64,000 bases of DNA from an uncultured Spirochaetota bacterium. GTDB lineage: Bacteria > Spirochaetota > Brevinematia > Brevinematales > JAOACQ01. Below, piece after piece: positions 49,948-61,412 of the stretch. A program made the translations under genes and the position numbers. Under the pieces are notes generated by a model. The model was not told the origin of the DNA. It saw only the letters and a list, made by a program, of their open reading frames with translations, and made no database searches. The stretch covers positions 64,001-128,000 of the forward strand of contig CAWAOD010000010.1 in the NCBI GenBank assembly GCA_963783575.1. Reading direction: 5' to 3'. Positions within the stretch are counted from its first letter, which is position 1, and every line of letters begins with the position of its first letter.

Positions 49948-52571
49948 GTGAAAATGTTTATGAAAGCAGCTCTTTCGGTATTTTTGGGTTTTGTTTTTCT
50001 TATTATTTATTCCTGTTCCGCACAACCGGGTTCAAACGGCGGAAATTCTTCTTCATCATCGATCAGTAAAGGCAGTATAACAATCCATTTCGGTATTTCC
50101 GGCAACTCCGGAAGCTATGTCAACACAAGTATCAGTAAAACGGTGGTGGCTAATTTCTCAAACGCTGTCGATACTTACAGCGTTTCGCTGGCCAGCCAGA
50201 ACGGTTTTTCAACAAAAACCGCAACGGTATCGGCGGCTTCAAACTCAATTACTTTTTCCAATGTTGAGGTCGGGACCTGGGATATATCCGTTAACGCCTT
50301 GAAAAGCGGCTTATCGGCCGGAACCGGGAGTTTATCCAACCAGAACCTGACATCCGGGGCGACATTGAACCTCACAATACCGATCATCTTTTCACAAACC
50401 GCCGGGACAGGGAATATGTCTCTTACAGTTCAGTTCCCGGTATCGACGGGCATTAATTATATTTCCGGCACAATAGCCGGGACGAATTTAATACCGGTAA
50501 TCACTACCTGCTCGACCAACTCAAATTATTATCAGGCGGCATTCAGCCTGGCAAGCATCAATAGCGGTTATCAATCACTGGTAATGACGTTCATGAGAGG
50601 GGGAGCTTCAGGAACCACGGCGGGTATTTTCAGGGAATCGGTCAATATCTGGAACAATGTGACCAGCGACCAATGGATTGACCCGAACGGCAACCTTGTC
50701 CCTGTCCGTGTTTTCAGCGCGAACGAGTTCTATAACGCTAACGCGAGCTTGTCGGGACTCAGTTTATCTGCCGGAACTCTGCTCTTCAGTTCATCAACAA
50801 CAAATTACAATACCGGGAATGTTAACATTTCCGGTACGACCGTCACCCCGACCGGTTCGATCAGCGGACAGTATATCCAGTACAGTGTCAACAGCGGAAG
50901 CTGGAACTATATCGAATCCGGGACAACATCGGGAATTTTACCGCTCAACCCGGGATTAAACAATATATCGGTAAAAGTTACCGCCCCGGACAAACAGAAT
51001 GTGATGACCTACTCTATCCTTATTTCTAATGCATATACAATTAATTCGAGCGCCGATGTAAACGGTTCGATCACTCCATCCGGAAATGTCGCCGTGAATC
51101 CGGGAGCAAACCAGGGCTACACAATAACGCCGAATACCGGGTTCCAGGTAAGCAACGTAACGGTCGATGGAGTAAGCCAGGGCGCGGTCACATCTTATAC
51201 GTTCACCAATGTTCAGGCAAACCATACAATCAGCGTTACGTTCATGTTAATCCCATACACAATAACGGCAAACGCCGGAGCGAACGGATCAATCAGCCCT
51301 TCCGGCAGTGTGGCGGTAAACTACGATTCAAGCCAGAGTTTCACTATCACGCCGAATACAGGGTACCAGATCAGCAATGTAGCAGTCGATGGGGTAAGCC
51401 AGGGTATAATAACATCATATACATTCACAAATGTTCAGGCAAACCATACGATTAGCGCCGGATTCAAACCGCTCACCGGCACTGTTATAATAGGATTTAC
51501 AATATCCAACCCGAATTACCAGGCAGTAACATTTGCTACAAACAGCATAACCATTGCGCGAGGTCAGACCCTTACTTTATCTACCACAAACCAGAACTTA
51601 ACCGGTTTAAGCGGCTGGAACTGGTATGTTGATAATGTGCAGGATAGCGCTCAAACAACCTCGACTTACAGCTGGAATTCGACAGGTAAACAGCCGGGCC
51701 AATACATAATCAATATGGATGTTGTCTATAACAGCATCGATTATTCCGGCTCTTTGATAGTAACCGTTGTATCCGGTTATTCCATAACATTTAATCCTGG
51801 CGGCGGAAGCGGGACAATGCAGAGCTCAAATAATTCCCGTCGGTTCAACGGCAAATCTGACTTCTAATTCTTTCACTTATACAGGCTATACATTCGCGGG
51901 ATGGAGCAATTCGAGCGGTGTTTCATACGCGGATACTGCCAGTTATACTATGGGAACCGCCAATGTAACACTGTACGCATGCTGGATCAGCACCAAATTC
52001 ATATTCCCTTTCAGGCGGTAAGATCACTATCACCAATTTCGGAAATTCGGCCGGGAATGTTGTTATTCCCTCTACGATTAACGGATATCCTGTAGTAAGC
52101 ATTGGTAATTCCGCATTTCAAAACTGTTCCAACCTGGCCAGTATAACTATTCCGGATTCAGTCACTAATTTGGGTCAGAATGCGTTTGTTAATTGCTCCA
52201 ATCTCACCAGCGCTATTCTTGGGAACTCAATATCATCCATTGGAGGTTCTGCATTCCTGTCTTGTATCAAACTTACCAATATTAATATACCAAATACAGT
52301 CACTTATATTGGACCCGGCGCTTTTTGTTACTGTTATAGCTTAAATAGTATCTTTATTCCCAAATCAGTCACAACTATAGGTGCGCCGGCATTTGGGGTA
52401 TGCACAAATTTAACCAATGTTACATTTGAAAGTTCAAATTGCTCTCTGGGTATTTTGCCGCCTTCTTCAACCGTGTTTGATGGCGATACAAAGGTTACCG
52501 TGAGGGCGCCCGCAAACGGGACTGTACAAAGTTACTGTACTGCTCACAGCATACCATTTGCGGCATATTGA
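49948..52571 (+). pseudogene. Large surface lipoprotein: cadherin-like domain, InlB B-repeats and BspA-type LRR; two frameshifts (~51825, ~52000)
   Basis: Lipobox IYSC; duplicated YTI...G.I.PSG.VAV..G..Q..TITPNTG repeat; alternate frames read GYTFAGWS...TLYACW and VIPSTINGYPVVSIG.SAF into ORF 52170..52571. Confidence 0.75.
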
Positions 52572-52599
52572 AACAAACCATTCGTAATCGATAAAAAGA

Positions 52600-52627
52600 G
52601 CGGGGCTGATGGCCCCGCCTTGTTTTT
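52600..52627 (+). terminator. Intrinsic terminator
   Basis: GCGGGGC-TGATG-GCCCCGC plus T-rich tail. Confidence 0.7.
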
Positions 52628-52730
52628 GATTATATTCGTCTCCACTCAGGATGACAATCGTCGGAGTCTACACTGAGCTGGTTGAGCCACTTAGGATGGA
52701 CTGATTTAAAACAGAAATGTACGGCATAAA

Positions 52731-52860
52731 GTCACCCTGAGCGGACAGACTGTGTGAAAACTTGGCTTTTTGAAGCGTAATTCTATATTTTCCGTTTTAT
52801 AACTTCAATAAATAGGTAATGAAAAATAGTTTTCACACAGTCTGGGAGACGAAGGGTGAC
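52731..52860. repeat. REP-like palindrome GTCACCCTGAGCGGAGACGAAGGGTGAC, interrupted by a MITE
   Basis: Reconstituted after removing 52746-52847. Confidence 0.7.
52746..52844. mobile_element. 99-bp MITE with IS1182-like ends
   Basis: Perfect 17-bp TIR CAGACTGTGTGAAAACT / AGTTTTCACACAGTCTG; 3-bp TSD GGA. Confidence 0.88.
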
Positions 52861-53185
52861 ATGATTCTTTGGCATAGAATCCAGCCGAAGTCTTTTATTG
52901 ATATGCATGTCTTTTTAGATAAAACCCTTTTGAAATCAACTCCCGGATAAAATGTCTTGGTAAAGATTTATCCAAACATAACAAAAGTAAGAAGTCAAAA
53001 CGGCCTTATTCGTGAAAATAAACCATTTTTACAAACGATTTTATTCTCTTGCAGATAGGATTTGAAAACAAACTGGAGAACCTTATAGCTCCACTACTAA
53101 ATCCTTTCAATTAGAAATCACGGCAAAACTATGAAGGTTTTATCCAAAAGATTGTATTCTTTTCCCCAAACGTTTTTTTTGTTTT

Positions 53186-56100
53186 TTACCACCCGCCTTC
53201 GTGGTACAACATATCGACCTCCTGAGAAGAAATCGCCCGATTATAGACGCGGATATCATCAATATAACCATTGAAAGGATACCAGGTATCGGCAAGTATA
53301 CCTACGTTGAAACCGTAAGACGTATAATAAACTAGCGGACCGGAATAATCCGCAGCGGCCGCAACTAAAGTATCGTTTATATAAAGCGAAAGACCCACAC
53401 CTGTCTGATAAATCATTACGGCATGGTACCAGGTATTCTGCTGAATATTGGTGTAGATTAAATAAACACCACTGGCAGGGTATGCGGATATCCATGCCTG
53501 AAGCGAATGATTGTCTGCCATAAGTAAGTGGTAACCCCATGAATCCGTATTGTCTATACCTTCATTGATGATATAAGTTCCTCCGGTAGTGCTGGCAGTA
53601 GTATAAAACCAGACAGACACACTAACACTTTGTGAAGGCTGTAGAATAACCGACGTTGAAGGTGAAGGATCGATATATCCGTTTATAAATGAATATGCGT
53701 TATTAGCTACTCCAAATCTATCTGTCGTAGGCGTTACACTTCCGCTCAAGATTCCGTTGAGACCGCTACTGCTCTGATCGTTGATACTGCCTGCTGTAAA
53801 TGGATAATAAAGAATCAGTCCATTGTTGGTATCTGCGGCGGTTGGTGCGCCAACGGTAATATTGGTGATATTGGTCGCGGTTGCTCCATCGTCGCCGAAA
53901 GCTACTGCCGCAACAGAATAACTACCTGTTGCCAAAGAAGGCCACAGTACGTTGTAAGGTGCGTTCGTTGAGTTTCCGATCAGTGTGCCGTTGTTGTAAT
54001 AGCTGACGTTAGTGACCAGTACCGGACTGCCGTTCGTCGAAGCCGTTAAAATGATATTCGCCGGGGCATTCAGCGTTGTACCGGAAACCGGAGTAAGTAT
54101 AGAAATGGAGGGTGAAGAACCGCCGGGATTCACCACCGTAATGTTTGAAACAGTAAACGTACAGTTATTGAACACTTTATTCATGACGTTAACATAAATA
54201 ACATTGTAAAATCCCACCGATAGAGGCTTTGTAGCAGTCCAGTTTGTTCCTGTAAGGGTTGGGCTGTCAAAATTTCCTCCATTTGTTATGATTGTTATGT
54301 TGCTGATTCCCGACAGGTCATCTTCAGCGCTGCCCGCCAGAGTAAAGTTTGTTACCTGGTCATAATCGGCAAGATTGAATACATCCAGCAACGGCGCATT
54401 GGTATCGACAATCACCCTGTCAGTGATCGTTTTCGAGTTGCCAGCGTTGTCCTGTATGTAGGCAATCACTATATTTGTGAAGTTTGCTGTAAACATAGGT
54501 GCGTTAACCCCCCAGCTTCCCATCGAGGTATTCTGATTAATTCCGTTCAATGTTACCCAGAATGTCTTAACCCCGCTGCCGGTTTCATTCGTAGTGCCTG
54601 AAAGAGGCGGAAAGATGCTGCTTGTTAAATATCCGTCGGTAAAGCTCGTAATTTCAACATCCGGCGGAGTCGTATCAACCGTAAAATTAATGTTAGTAAT
54701 TATACTTGAATTTCCGGCTTTATCCAGCGCCCAGATGTTTATAGTATGAGCACCATCTGTAAAACCGTTCAAATTAATCGTTCCGTTTGCTGTTGTTGAA
54801 AATACATTATTTACTCCGCCGTCAGCCTGGTATAATTCCTGCAATATACCCGATCCTGAATCTGAACCGGTCACATTAATTGCAATGCTGCTAATATTGG
54901 TTAATACTGGAATCACCGTACTGACATTTATTAGAGGCTTTATTGTATCAACTATAAATGTGTTTGTCGCCGGGTAATTTGTTTTCCCATTATCACTAAC
55001 TACTTTAAGAATTAAAGTATTGGTTCCTTCCGGCAAAGGCCCGACCGATGAAGCCGTTCCCCAATTATTTCCGCCTGTATTATTGCAGGATAATGGAGAG
55101 TTCATCGCGTTGTTTGTAATTATAAATACCAATGTAACGGTAAAAGGAGAAGCCACACTTGCTGTGCAGGCCACGTTCGGCATTATATAATTAAAGTTGG
55201 TAGCGGTATTATCCGCCGGAATGATTATTGATCCTGTCGGTATAGCGGGGCATACTACCCATATACTATTTGTCGGTGTGGAATTTCCAGCCTTATCGAC
55301 AGCGTAATAATAGTTCGTATATATTCCATATCCAAGAGTCGCGATATTCGAACAGGTATTTCCGTTCATACCCATCTGGGCATAGCTCCCCCCTCCGATA
55401 CTGGCATACGCCTTATCCACCCCGGCAAGATTATCGGTAACGCTGATTGTAAATGTAAAATTACTGCCGACATCTTCACCGTTTGTTGCCAGGACATTGA
55501 ATATTACCGGACTGATGGTATCCATGATTATGTAATTTGTAGATGAATAATTTGTTTTATCGCTTGAGCCTATTGCCCTCACCATAACTGTGTTAGACAA
55601 ATTTGCCGTCAGCGTAGCAAGAAATGTCCAGTTTGACGATACCGGCGTATAAACCGCTGCCTGGTATGCCCCGCCATTTATGCTCACCGCGACATTTGTG
55701 CTTGCTATACTATAGAACGTGTCTATATATGCCAGCCCGCTCAGATTAATAGCCGCGGTATTCGTTATAAGATTGATAAACTGTGCGTTTACAGTCACCG
55801 ATGGCACATCGCTCAATGTCACCACTATATTCGTATAATTTGCCGACTTATTCCCAGCATTATCATAGGCGCATACTATATTCGTATGGCTTCCCGATGT
55901 CAGACCGCTGAAATTCGTTAACCAGGTATTCCCCGACAATGCGGCCAAACCGAATGATCCCCCGTCCTGCTGTACTTCTACATTACTGATACCGCTCATC
56001 GCATCAATTACAGTTCCCCCGAATGTGTACCCGCTGCCATTAGTACTTCCGCTCGCGGGTGTTATCCCGCTTATAACAGGAGGCACGCTGTCCACTATCA

Positions 56101-56536
56101 CTGTCACTACCGGGGAGACACTGGTTTTACCGGTATTGCCGACTGCCATGGCCTGAAGGGTGTTTGTCTGATTTGAAAGAAATACCACAGCATTGGTTGA
56201 CCAGTTGATGTTAGTAAAATTTGTCCCAATATTGAAATAAACCCCGTTATTTATATTCAATTCAATCTGAGATATTGTAAACCCGCTGCCGATTACTGCA
56301 GTTCCGCTTATGTTCATTATATTATTACTGACCGCCATATTGTTTGACGGATAATTGACCGTAATAACCGGCATATCGTTTGTTGATATGGCCGCGCTTG
56401 ACGAAGATTCCACACTTGACGATGACTGCTTCTGTACGATTTCTTCGTAAATATCAGGGGGATAAAAGAGCTGGCAGGCAGATATTATTAAAATCATTAT
56501 AACAATTACAATATATAATTTCATTATCCCTTTCAT
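53186..56536 (-). CDS. Large lipoprotein with bacterial Ig-like repeats and a C-terminal LamG/concanavalin domain
   Basis: Lipobox ISAC; repeated D..PP...AxDxAGN Ig modules; GLILYYPF...DRFG...WYHAV...FNGYIDDIRVYNRA. Confidence 0.85.
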   Translation of the reverse strand: MKGIMKLYIVIVIMILIISACQLFYPPDIYEEIVQKQSSSSVESSSSAAISTNDMPVITVNYPSNNMAVSNNIMNISGTAVIGSGFTISQIELNINNGVYFNIGTNFTNINWSTNAVVFLSNQTNTLQAMAVGNTGKTSVSPVVTVIVDSVPPVISGITPASGSTNGSGYTFGGTVIDAMSGISNVEVQQDGGSFGLAALSGNTWLTNFSGLTSGSHTNIVCAYDNAGNKSANYTNIVVTLSDVPSVTVNAQFINLITNTAAINLSGLAYIDTFYSIASTNVAVSINGGAYQAAVYTPVSSNWTFLATLTANLSNTVMVRAIGSSDKTNYSSTNYIIMDTISPVIFNVLATNGEDVGSNFTFTISVTDNLAGVDKAYASIGGGSYAQMGMNGNTCSNIATLGYGIYTNYYYAVDKAGNSTPTNSIWVVCPAIPTGSIIIPADNTATNFNYIMPNVACTASVASPFTVTLVFIITNNAMNSPLSCNNTGGNNWGTASSVGPLPEGTNTLILKVVSDNGKTNYPATNTFIVDTIKPLINVSTVIPVLTNISSIAINVTGSDSGSGILQELYQADGGVNNVFSTTANGTINLNGFTDGAHTINIWALDKAGNSSIITNINFTVDTTPPDVEITSFTDGYLTSSIFPPLSGTTNETGSGVKTFWVTLNGINQNTSMGSWGVNAPMFTANFTNIVIAYIQDNAGNSKTITDRVIVDTNAPLLDVFNLADYDQVTNFTLAGSAEDDLSGISNITIITNGGNFDSPTLTGTNWTATKPLSVGFYNVIYVNVMNKVFNNCTFTVSNITVVNPGGSSPSISILTPVSGTTLNAPANIILTASTNGSPVLVTNVSYYNNGTLIGNSTNAPYNVLWPSLATGSYSVAAVAFGDDGATATNITNITVGAPTAADTNNGLILYYPFTAGSINDQSSSGLNGILSGSVTPTTDRFGVANNAYSFINGYIDPSPSTSVILQPSQSVSVSVWFYTTASTTGGTYIINEGIDNTDSWGYHLLMADNHSLQAWISAYPASGVYLIYTNIQQNTWYHAVMIYQTGVGLSLYINDTLVAAAADYSGPLVYYTSYGFNVGILADTWYPFNGYIDDIRVYNRAISSQEVDMLYHEGGW

Positions 56537-56757
56537 ATAACCCCCGGTTTTATAAAATTATTCTGTAATTTTTAATTGTTTTTTAAATATAGATTTGGAT
56601 TTTTGATTTTTAAATATTATTTCTATTTATTATGTGATATATAGAAATTATTGTCAAGTTAGAATTATTAAAATTGTTATATTTTTTTGGGTTGATTTGA
56701 GAAATGTTAAAAATATAAGCTCGAAATAAAAATTTAAAAGTTAATAGGGAGACTTTT

Positions 56758-57192
56758 TCAATTCTCAATTTTCATGTTAAATATAGATTCGATTCTTGCA
56801 AATTCAATCCTGGCGGATCTTATTCGAATTGCCGATTTTTCTATTAATTCTTTTAAAACTTTGAAATCAATCGGTTTGTTCATTATATAGTCCACAAGTT
56901 CTTTTATGGTCAATACTTCCGCAAGTTCTCTTGAAACATAGGAAGATATAAGAATACTTACAAAATCGCTGTATTTTTTCTTAACTGTTGAAAGAACATC
57001 CGTACCGCTTAGTTTCGGCATATTATGATCGATTATAATAATATCGTAATGATTTTTTATCAGTTCATCGAGTGCCAAAGACGAGTCCGTATAAGTTTGT
57101 ATGTCATAATCAACGATATTCATTTTAATCTCATTTAATATAGCCGGTTCGTCATCAATAGCCATAATTAAAATATCACTATTTTTTCCCAT
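56758..57192 (-). CDS. Single-domain response regulator
   Basis: AIDDEP, IIDHNMPKLSG, KP; GGAG before ATG 57192. Confidence 0.85.
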   Translation of the reverse strand: MGKNSDILIMAIDDEPAILNEIKMNIVDYDIQTYTDSSLALDELIKNHYDIIIIDHNMPKLSGTDVLSTVKKKYSDFVSILISSYVSRELAEVLTIKELVDYIMNKPIDFKVLKELIEKSAIRIRSARIEFARIESIFNMKIEN

Positions 57193-57285
57193 TTTAATCT
57201 CCGATAATATTATTATCCCAGATTTTTCATTTAATACAACCACTATTTTATCGGTAATAATATGCTGAAAATTTATTCGCAGGTC

Positions 57286-58485
57286 TTACTGTGTCTTTAT
57301 CAACCTTCCAAATTCAGCACCGAATTCCTTGCCTTTTTTTAATTCCTCGCTATCCGGGCCGCCCGGGAATTCAAAACTCATGGCCATATCCCAGTTTAAC
57401 GGCTCAATAATCTTTTTAATTTCATTTAAAGCTCCCTTACTCCATCCATAACTGCCGAACATGGCCGTCTTTTTATTCATAACCCTTTTTAAAGCCGCCA
57501 TTTCAAGGACCTGGGCTATAGGCGGGAAAAGGCTAACCTCATATGTCGGAGCACCTATCAATACTCCTTTCTGAGTCCAGAGCGAAGGCAGAATATAGCT
57601 AGGATGCGTGCGTGCCGCATCAAAAATATTTACCGCTACTCCTTCGCTTGAAATCCCCTGGGCAACCGCGTTCATCATCATTTCGGTGTTACCGTACATA
57701 CTTCCATAGATCAGGGTTATGCCTGTCTCAGCCGGATTAGTTGCATATTCCGACCATTTTTTATAGAGATTTAAGATAAGTTCCGGATGTTTCCTCCAGA
57801 TTAGTCCATGCGAAGGGGCAATAATATTAACAGGCAGGTCTTTGACTTTTTCAATTGCATTTAATACAGGGCGGGTAAATTTAGCGACAATATTTACAAA
57901 ATACCGGAGTGATTCCCTCTGATAAAAACTTAAGTCCTCATACTCATCATCGAAAATAGCTCCGCTTAACGCGCCGAAACCTCCGAACGCATCGCAGGAA
58001 AAAAGTATTTTTTCGCTTTTTTCATAAGTAAACATCGTTTCCGGCCAATGGACAAAAGGGACATGAACGAACTTAAGAGTTTTTTTCCCAAGGGAGATTT
58101 CCTCACCATCTTGAACTTCGCGAATATTCGTATTTATTTGGTAAAAATCCTGAAGCATTTTTCTTGCTTTAGGAGTTGTGAGTATGGTTATATTCGGCGC
58201 AATCTTCCTTAACAAATGCAGTACTCCGGTGTGATCGGGTTCCATGTGGTTTAAAATAACATAATCCACTTCAGGTAGTTTTAAGACCTGGTCTATCTGG
58301 TCAAAGTAATTGTCCGATTTTATTGATTTTGCAAGATCGATGATAACTTTTTTTTCATCATTGATAAGATAAGAATTATAAGAGACGCCTTCTTTAGTAA
58401 TAGGCCATAGGCCTTCAAATAAATCGGTTGTTCTGTCATTAACTCCGATCCAGTAAATATCATTCTTCAATTCAATAGAAGCCAT
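57286..58485 (-). CDS. fprA: Flavodiiron protein (FprA/NorV family)
   Basis: NHMEPDH, HWPET, SCDAFG, APSHG, YGSMYGNT flavodoxin domain. Confidence 0.93.
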   Translation of the reverse strand: MASIELKNDIYWIGVNDRTTDLFEGLWPITKEGVSYNSYLINDEKKVIIDLAKSIKSDNYFDQIDQVLKLPEVDYVILNHMEPDHTGVLHLLRKIAPNITILTTPKARKMLQDFYQINTNIREVQDGEEISLGKKTLKFVHVPFVHWPETMFTYEKSEKILFSCDAFGGFGALSGAIFDDEYEDLSFYQRESLRYFVNIVAKFTRPVLNAIEKVKDLPVNIIAPSHGLIWRKHPELILNLYKKWSEYATNPAETGITLIYGSMYGNTEMMMNAVAQGISSEGVAVNIFDAARTHPSYILPSLWTQKGVLIGAPTYEVSLFPPIAQVLEMAALKRVMNKKTAMFGSYGWSKGALNEIKKIIEPLNWDMAMSFEFPGGPDSEELKKGKEFGAEFGRLIKTQ

Positions 58486-58676
58486 AACACTCTCCCAAAA
58501 CTTTAGCTTATAAAAATATGCCTATGAAATAATAAAATAATCCAAAAAAAATAACAACAAATTTCCTTGTTAAAATATTCCGGCTACAGATAAAAATTAC
58601 TTGATTAAATCAAAATATTAACACAAAATAAATAGGTTACAAAATTAAATTAATTAACTTGAACGGAGATTGTATT

Positions 58677-59507
58677 ATGGGTCAAATGATTGAAACTGCC
58701 TCGTTATTTCCGGAATTAAACAGGAGGCTTATCGGACTTTTACAAGAATTAAATCCTGGCGAATGGAACAGCCCGACGCTTTTTCCGAAATGGAAAGTTA
58801 AGGATATTGCTGCTCATTTATTGGATACGTCAATAAGAAGATTGTCATTTCAAAGAGATAATTATGTTCTTGAACCCGGAAGAACAATTTCCACATACAT
58901 CGATCTGACAAAATACCTTACGGATATTGCCGATGAATGGGCCTCAGCCTTAAGCCGGGTAAGTACGGTTATTTTAATTCAACTGATTGAAGAATATCAA
59001 AACCAACTGGCCGGGTTTCTGAAGACCATCGATCCATATGGTACAGCTCCTTTCAGCATAGCATGGGCCGGCGAAGAAAAGTCGTTCAACTGGTTTGATA
59101 TTGCGCGGGAATACACGGAACGATGGCACCATCAAATGCAGATAAGGGATGTTTTAAATAAGCCCCCATTATATGACAGAAATATATACTATCCGGTTAT
59201 TGATACGTTCATGCGTGCCCTTCCATATCATTACCGGGACATTAGCGCAGATGAGGGGCATATTCTTTGTGTTTCAATAAACGGAGAAGCGGGAGGCAGG
59301 TGGTATTTAAAAAGAAAAAATCAAACCTGGATACTTCATAATCAAAATGATGAGATTCCTCATACAATTGTTACAATAGAAAATGAGGCTGCCTGGAAGA
59401 TATTTGTAAAATGGGGCGATATAAAAAAACATTTTGAAATGATTAAAATATCAGGCGATGAATCATTGGGAAGGCATATTCTGGATATGACCTGTATTAT
59501 GATATAG
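58677..59507 (+). CDS. MDMPI / DinB-superfamily protein
   Basis: W..PT....WKVKDIAAHL; ERWHHQMQIRD. Confidence 0.8.
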   Translation: MGQMIETASLFPELNRRLIGLLQELNPGEWNSPTLFPKWKVKDIAAHLLDTSIRRLSFQRDNYVLEPGRTISTYIDLTKYLTDIADEWASALSRVSTVILIQLIEEYQNQLAGFLKTIDPYGTAPFSIAWAGEEKSFNWFDIAREYTERWHHQMQIRDVLNKPPLYDRNIYYPVIDTFMRALPYHYRDISADEGHILCVSINGEAGGRWYLKRKNQTWILHNQNDEIPHTIVTIENEAAWKIFVKWGDIKKHFEMIKISGDESLGRHILDMTCIMI

Positions 59508-59670
59508 GCGGCATCGTGTCGCTGTCGAACTTACGCTCGGCAATATTATAATAAAATAAAAGCTTTTATGGAAGTTCCTATTCCCTTGGTTGCTTGAGCT
59601 GGTTTACGACGCCGTGTCGCTTGACGAATAAAGTTCGGCGTCCTGCGGATTTTAGGGTAGCTCTTATGGC
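59508..59670 (+). repeat. Two tandem copies of a multi-hairpin element also present inside both IS1182 transposases
   Basis: CATCGTGTCGCTGTCGAAC...AGCTTTTATGGAA...TTCCC..GGTTG similar to 12062-12153 and 17182-17273. Confidence 0.7.
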
Positions 59671-59739
59671 GCCCATAATTACTTGTAATTGCTGGATTAA
59701 AAAGCTTTTTATATTTGAATAAAAAGTTTGGGGGAAATT

Positions 59740-60555
59740 ATGAATAATCAAATCCTATCAATCATTCTTGCTTTTGCAGGAAGTTCCATAATTAATCTTG
59801 CGCAGGCTGTGCAAAAAATCGGGTTAGATATATCCGAAGAAAGAAAAATGAAAAAATGGGGAATATGGCTCATCGGAACAGCATTAATGATGACCGGTCC
59901 TCTGGTTATACAATACGCCACTTCATTCGGCGGGGCAACCCTGGTCGGGGCGATGAGCGGGACCGGCCTTGCAACTTTGACTTTATTTTCTCACTTTGTA
60001 ATGAAAGAGAAGATAAAACCCAATGAATTAGCCGGAGTTGCTGTAATTCTTACAGCCTCAGTTTTTATCGGTATTTTTTCCACCGGTGCGGCTGTAAAAT
60101 CCACAATTGATTTATTGCAGTTATATGTTTTCGTCGCTGTCGTTACTTTTATTTATATATTATTTACTATTATTTCATTAAAAACAAACAGGATGGCAGG
60201 CATTATAATAGGGGGATTCGCAGGCGCTGTCGGAGGGTTTGTTACACTGTTCCAGAAAGTGACAACTTCAAACCCGGCAGGTGCCGTTTCCATTTTTACC
60301 AATCCTTTTTTTTATACATGGATAATCGTTTCACTCTTTTCTTTTTTTATCCTCCAGTTTTCTTATAATAAAGATAAAGCTATCCGCATTGTACCATCAT
60401 TTTCAGCAAATTTTATAATTATACCTGTGCTCGGCGGAGTAATTTGTTATCATGAAATATTAAATATATTCCAATGGATCGGAATTCTATTGATATTTTG
60501 CGGTGTACTGATAATCACTATCCGCCGGAGTAATAAATCCCGGGAAATGTTATAA
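59740..60555 (+). CDS. DMT-superfamily transporter (NIPA-like)
   Basis: About 9 TM helices; AVQKIG, FVMKEKI, YHEIL...QWIGILLI. Confidence 0.75.
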   Translation: MNNQILSIILAFAGSSIINLAQAVQKIGLDISEERKMKKWGIWLIGTALMMTGPLVIQYATSFGGATLVGAMSGTGLATLTLFSHFVMKEKIKPNELAGVAVILTASVFIGIFSTGAAVKSTIDLLQLYVFVAVVTFIYILFTIISLKTNRMAGIIIGGFAGAVGGFVTLFQKVTTSNPAGAVSIFTNPFFYTWIIVSLFSFFILQFSYNKDKAIRIVPSFSANFIIIPVLGGVICYHEILNIFQWIGILLIFCGVLIITIRRSNKSREML

Positions 60556-60557
60556 AA

Positions 60558-61229
60558 TCATTTCCCTTTATCGACCTTTGCCCAGTCTATCTTCACCCCG
60601 ATTTTCCCGGCAATTTGATCCAAAGTTTGATCATTATGATAAAGCAAGCCTGCCGGCTCATAAGTTATTCCGCTGTCTGTTTTAGTATAGCGGAAAGCCT
60701 TATGATGAGATGATTTTATCTGTGTAATATTTGTACCGTTCTTTCCGGACAAATTCACTATGCCGTTACAGTCACAGATATAGGTATTGGTTTCATCTTC
60801 GGCTTTTATAAAGAAAGTTGTACCTCTTACCGAAGCGACAGAAACCGCTGTTTCAACAATGAAAGCCGAATTATTCTTCTTCTTGAACGGATTAAGGTTT
60901 TTCAGGATACAGGCAATGCCCCCGGAATTAATATTGAGGATTTTATGAGTTTCTGTTATGTCAAGCGTAATCTCGCTGTTTTCGATAATATGGATTATAT
61001 TTTTTTCATTAAAAATGATTTCACATTCAGAGTCTTTGCCTGTTTTCACAATGCTTCCGGAAAGAACCGGAGCATCAATTTTTGCCGGCTGACCGTTAAC
61101 AGTTACATCTCCCGTAAAAAAACCGATCTTTCCGTTGAACACAAACATATTCTTTTTCGCTCCAAAGACAACCGATAAATTAAGGATTAAAATAATACCG
61201 ATAAAAATTGGGACAAAGTTACTTCTCAT
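60558..61229 (-). CDS. FecR-domain secreted protein
   Basis: VKTGKDSECEI, VETAVSVASVRGTTF. Confidence 0.8.
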   Translation of the reverse strand: MRSNFVPIFIGIILILNLSVVFGAKKNMFVFNGKIGFFTGDVTVNGQPAKIDAPVLSGSIVKTGKDSECEIIFNEKNIIHIIENSEITLDITETHKILNINSGGIACILKNLNPFKKKNNSAFIVETAVSVASVRGTTFFIKAEDETNTYICDCNGIVNLSGKNGTNITQIKSSHHKAFRYTKTDSGITYEPAGLLYHNDQTLDQIAGKIGVKIDWAKVDKGK

Positions 61230-61412
61230 TTTGATCCTCCTTATTTAAAATCATTTTAACATAGCCAATATAATAATAATGTTTTGTTCTTTCGGCAAGC
61301 CTGATAATCACAAAATAAGGATATTTCTTGTACTTTTAACGGCGGAAAAATAAAACTTTGAAATGAACAAATCGTTATTTCAATTTGAAGTTGACAACAA
61401 TCTGTTTATAAA

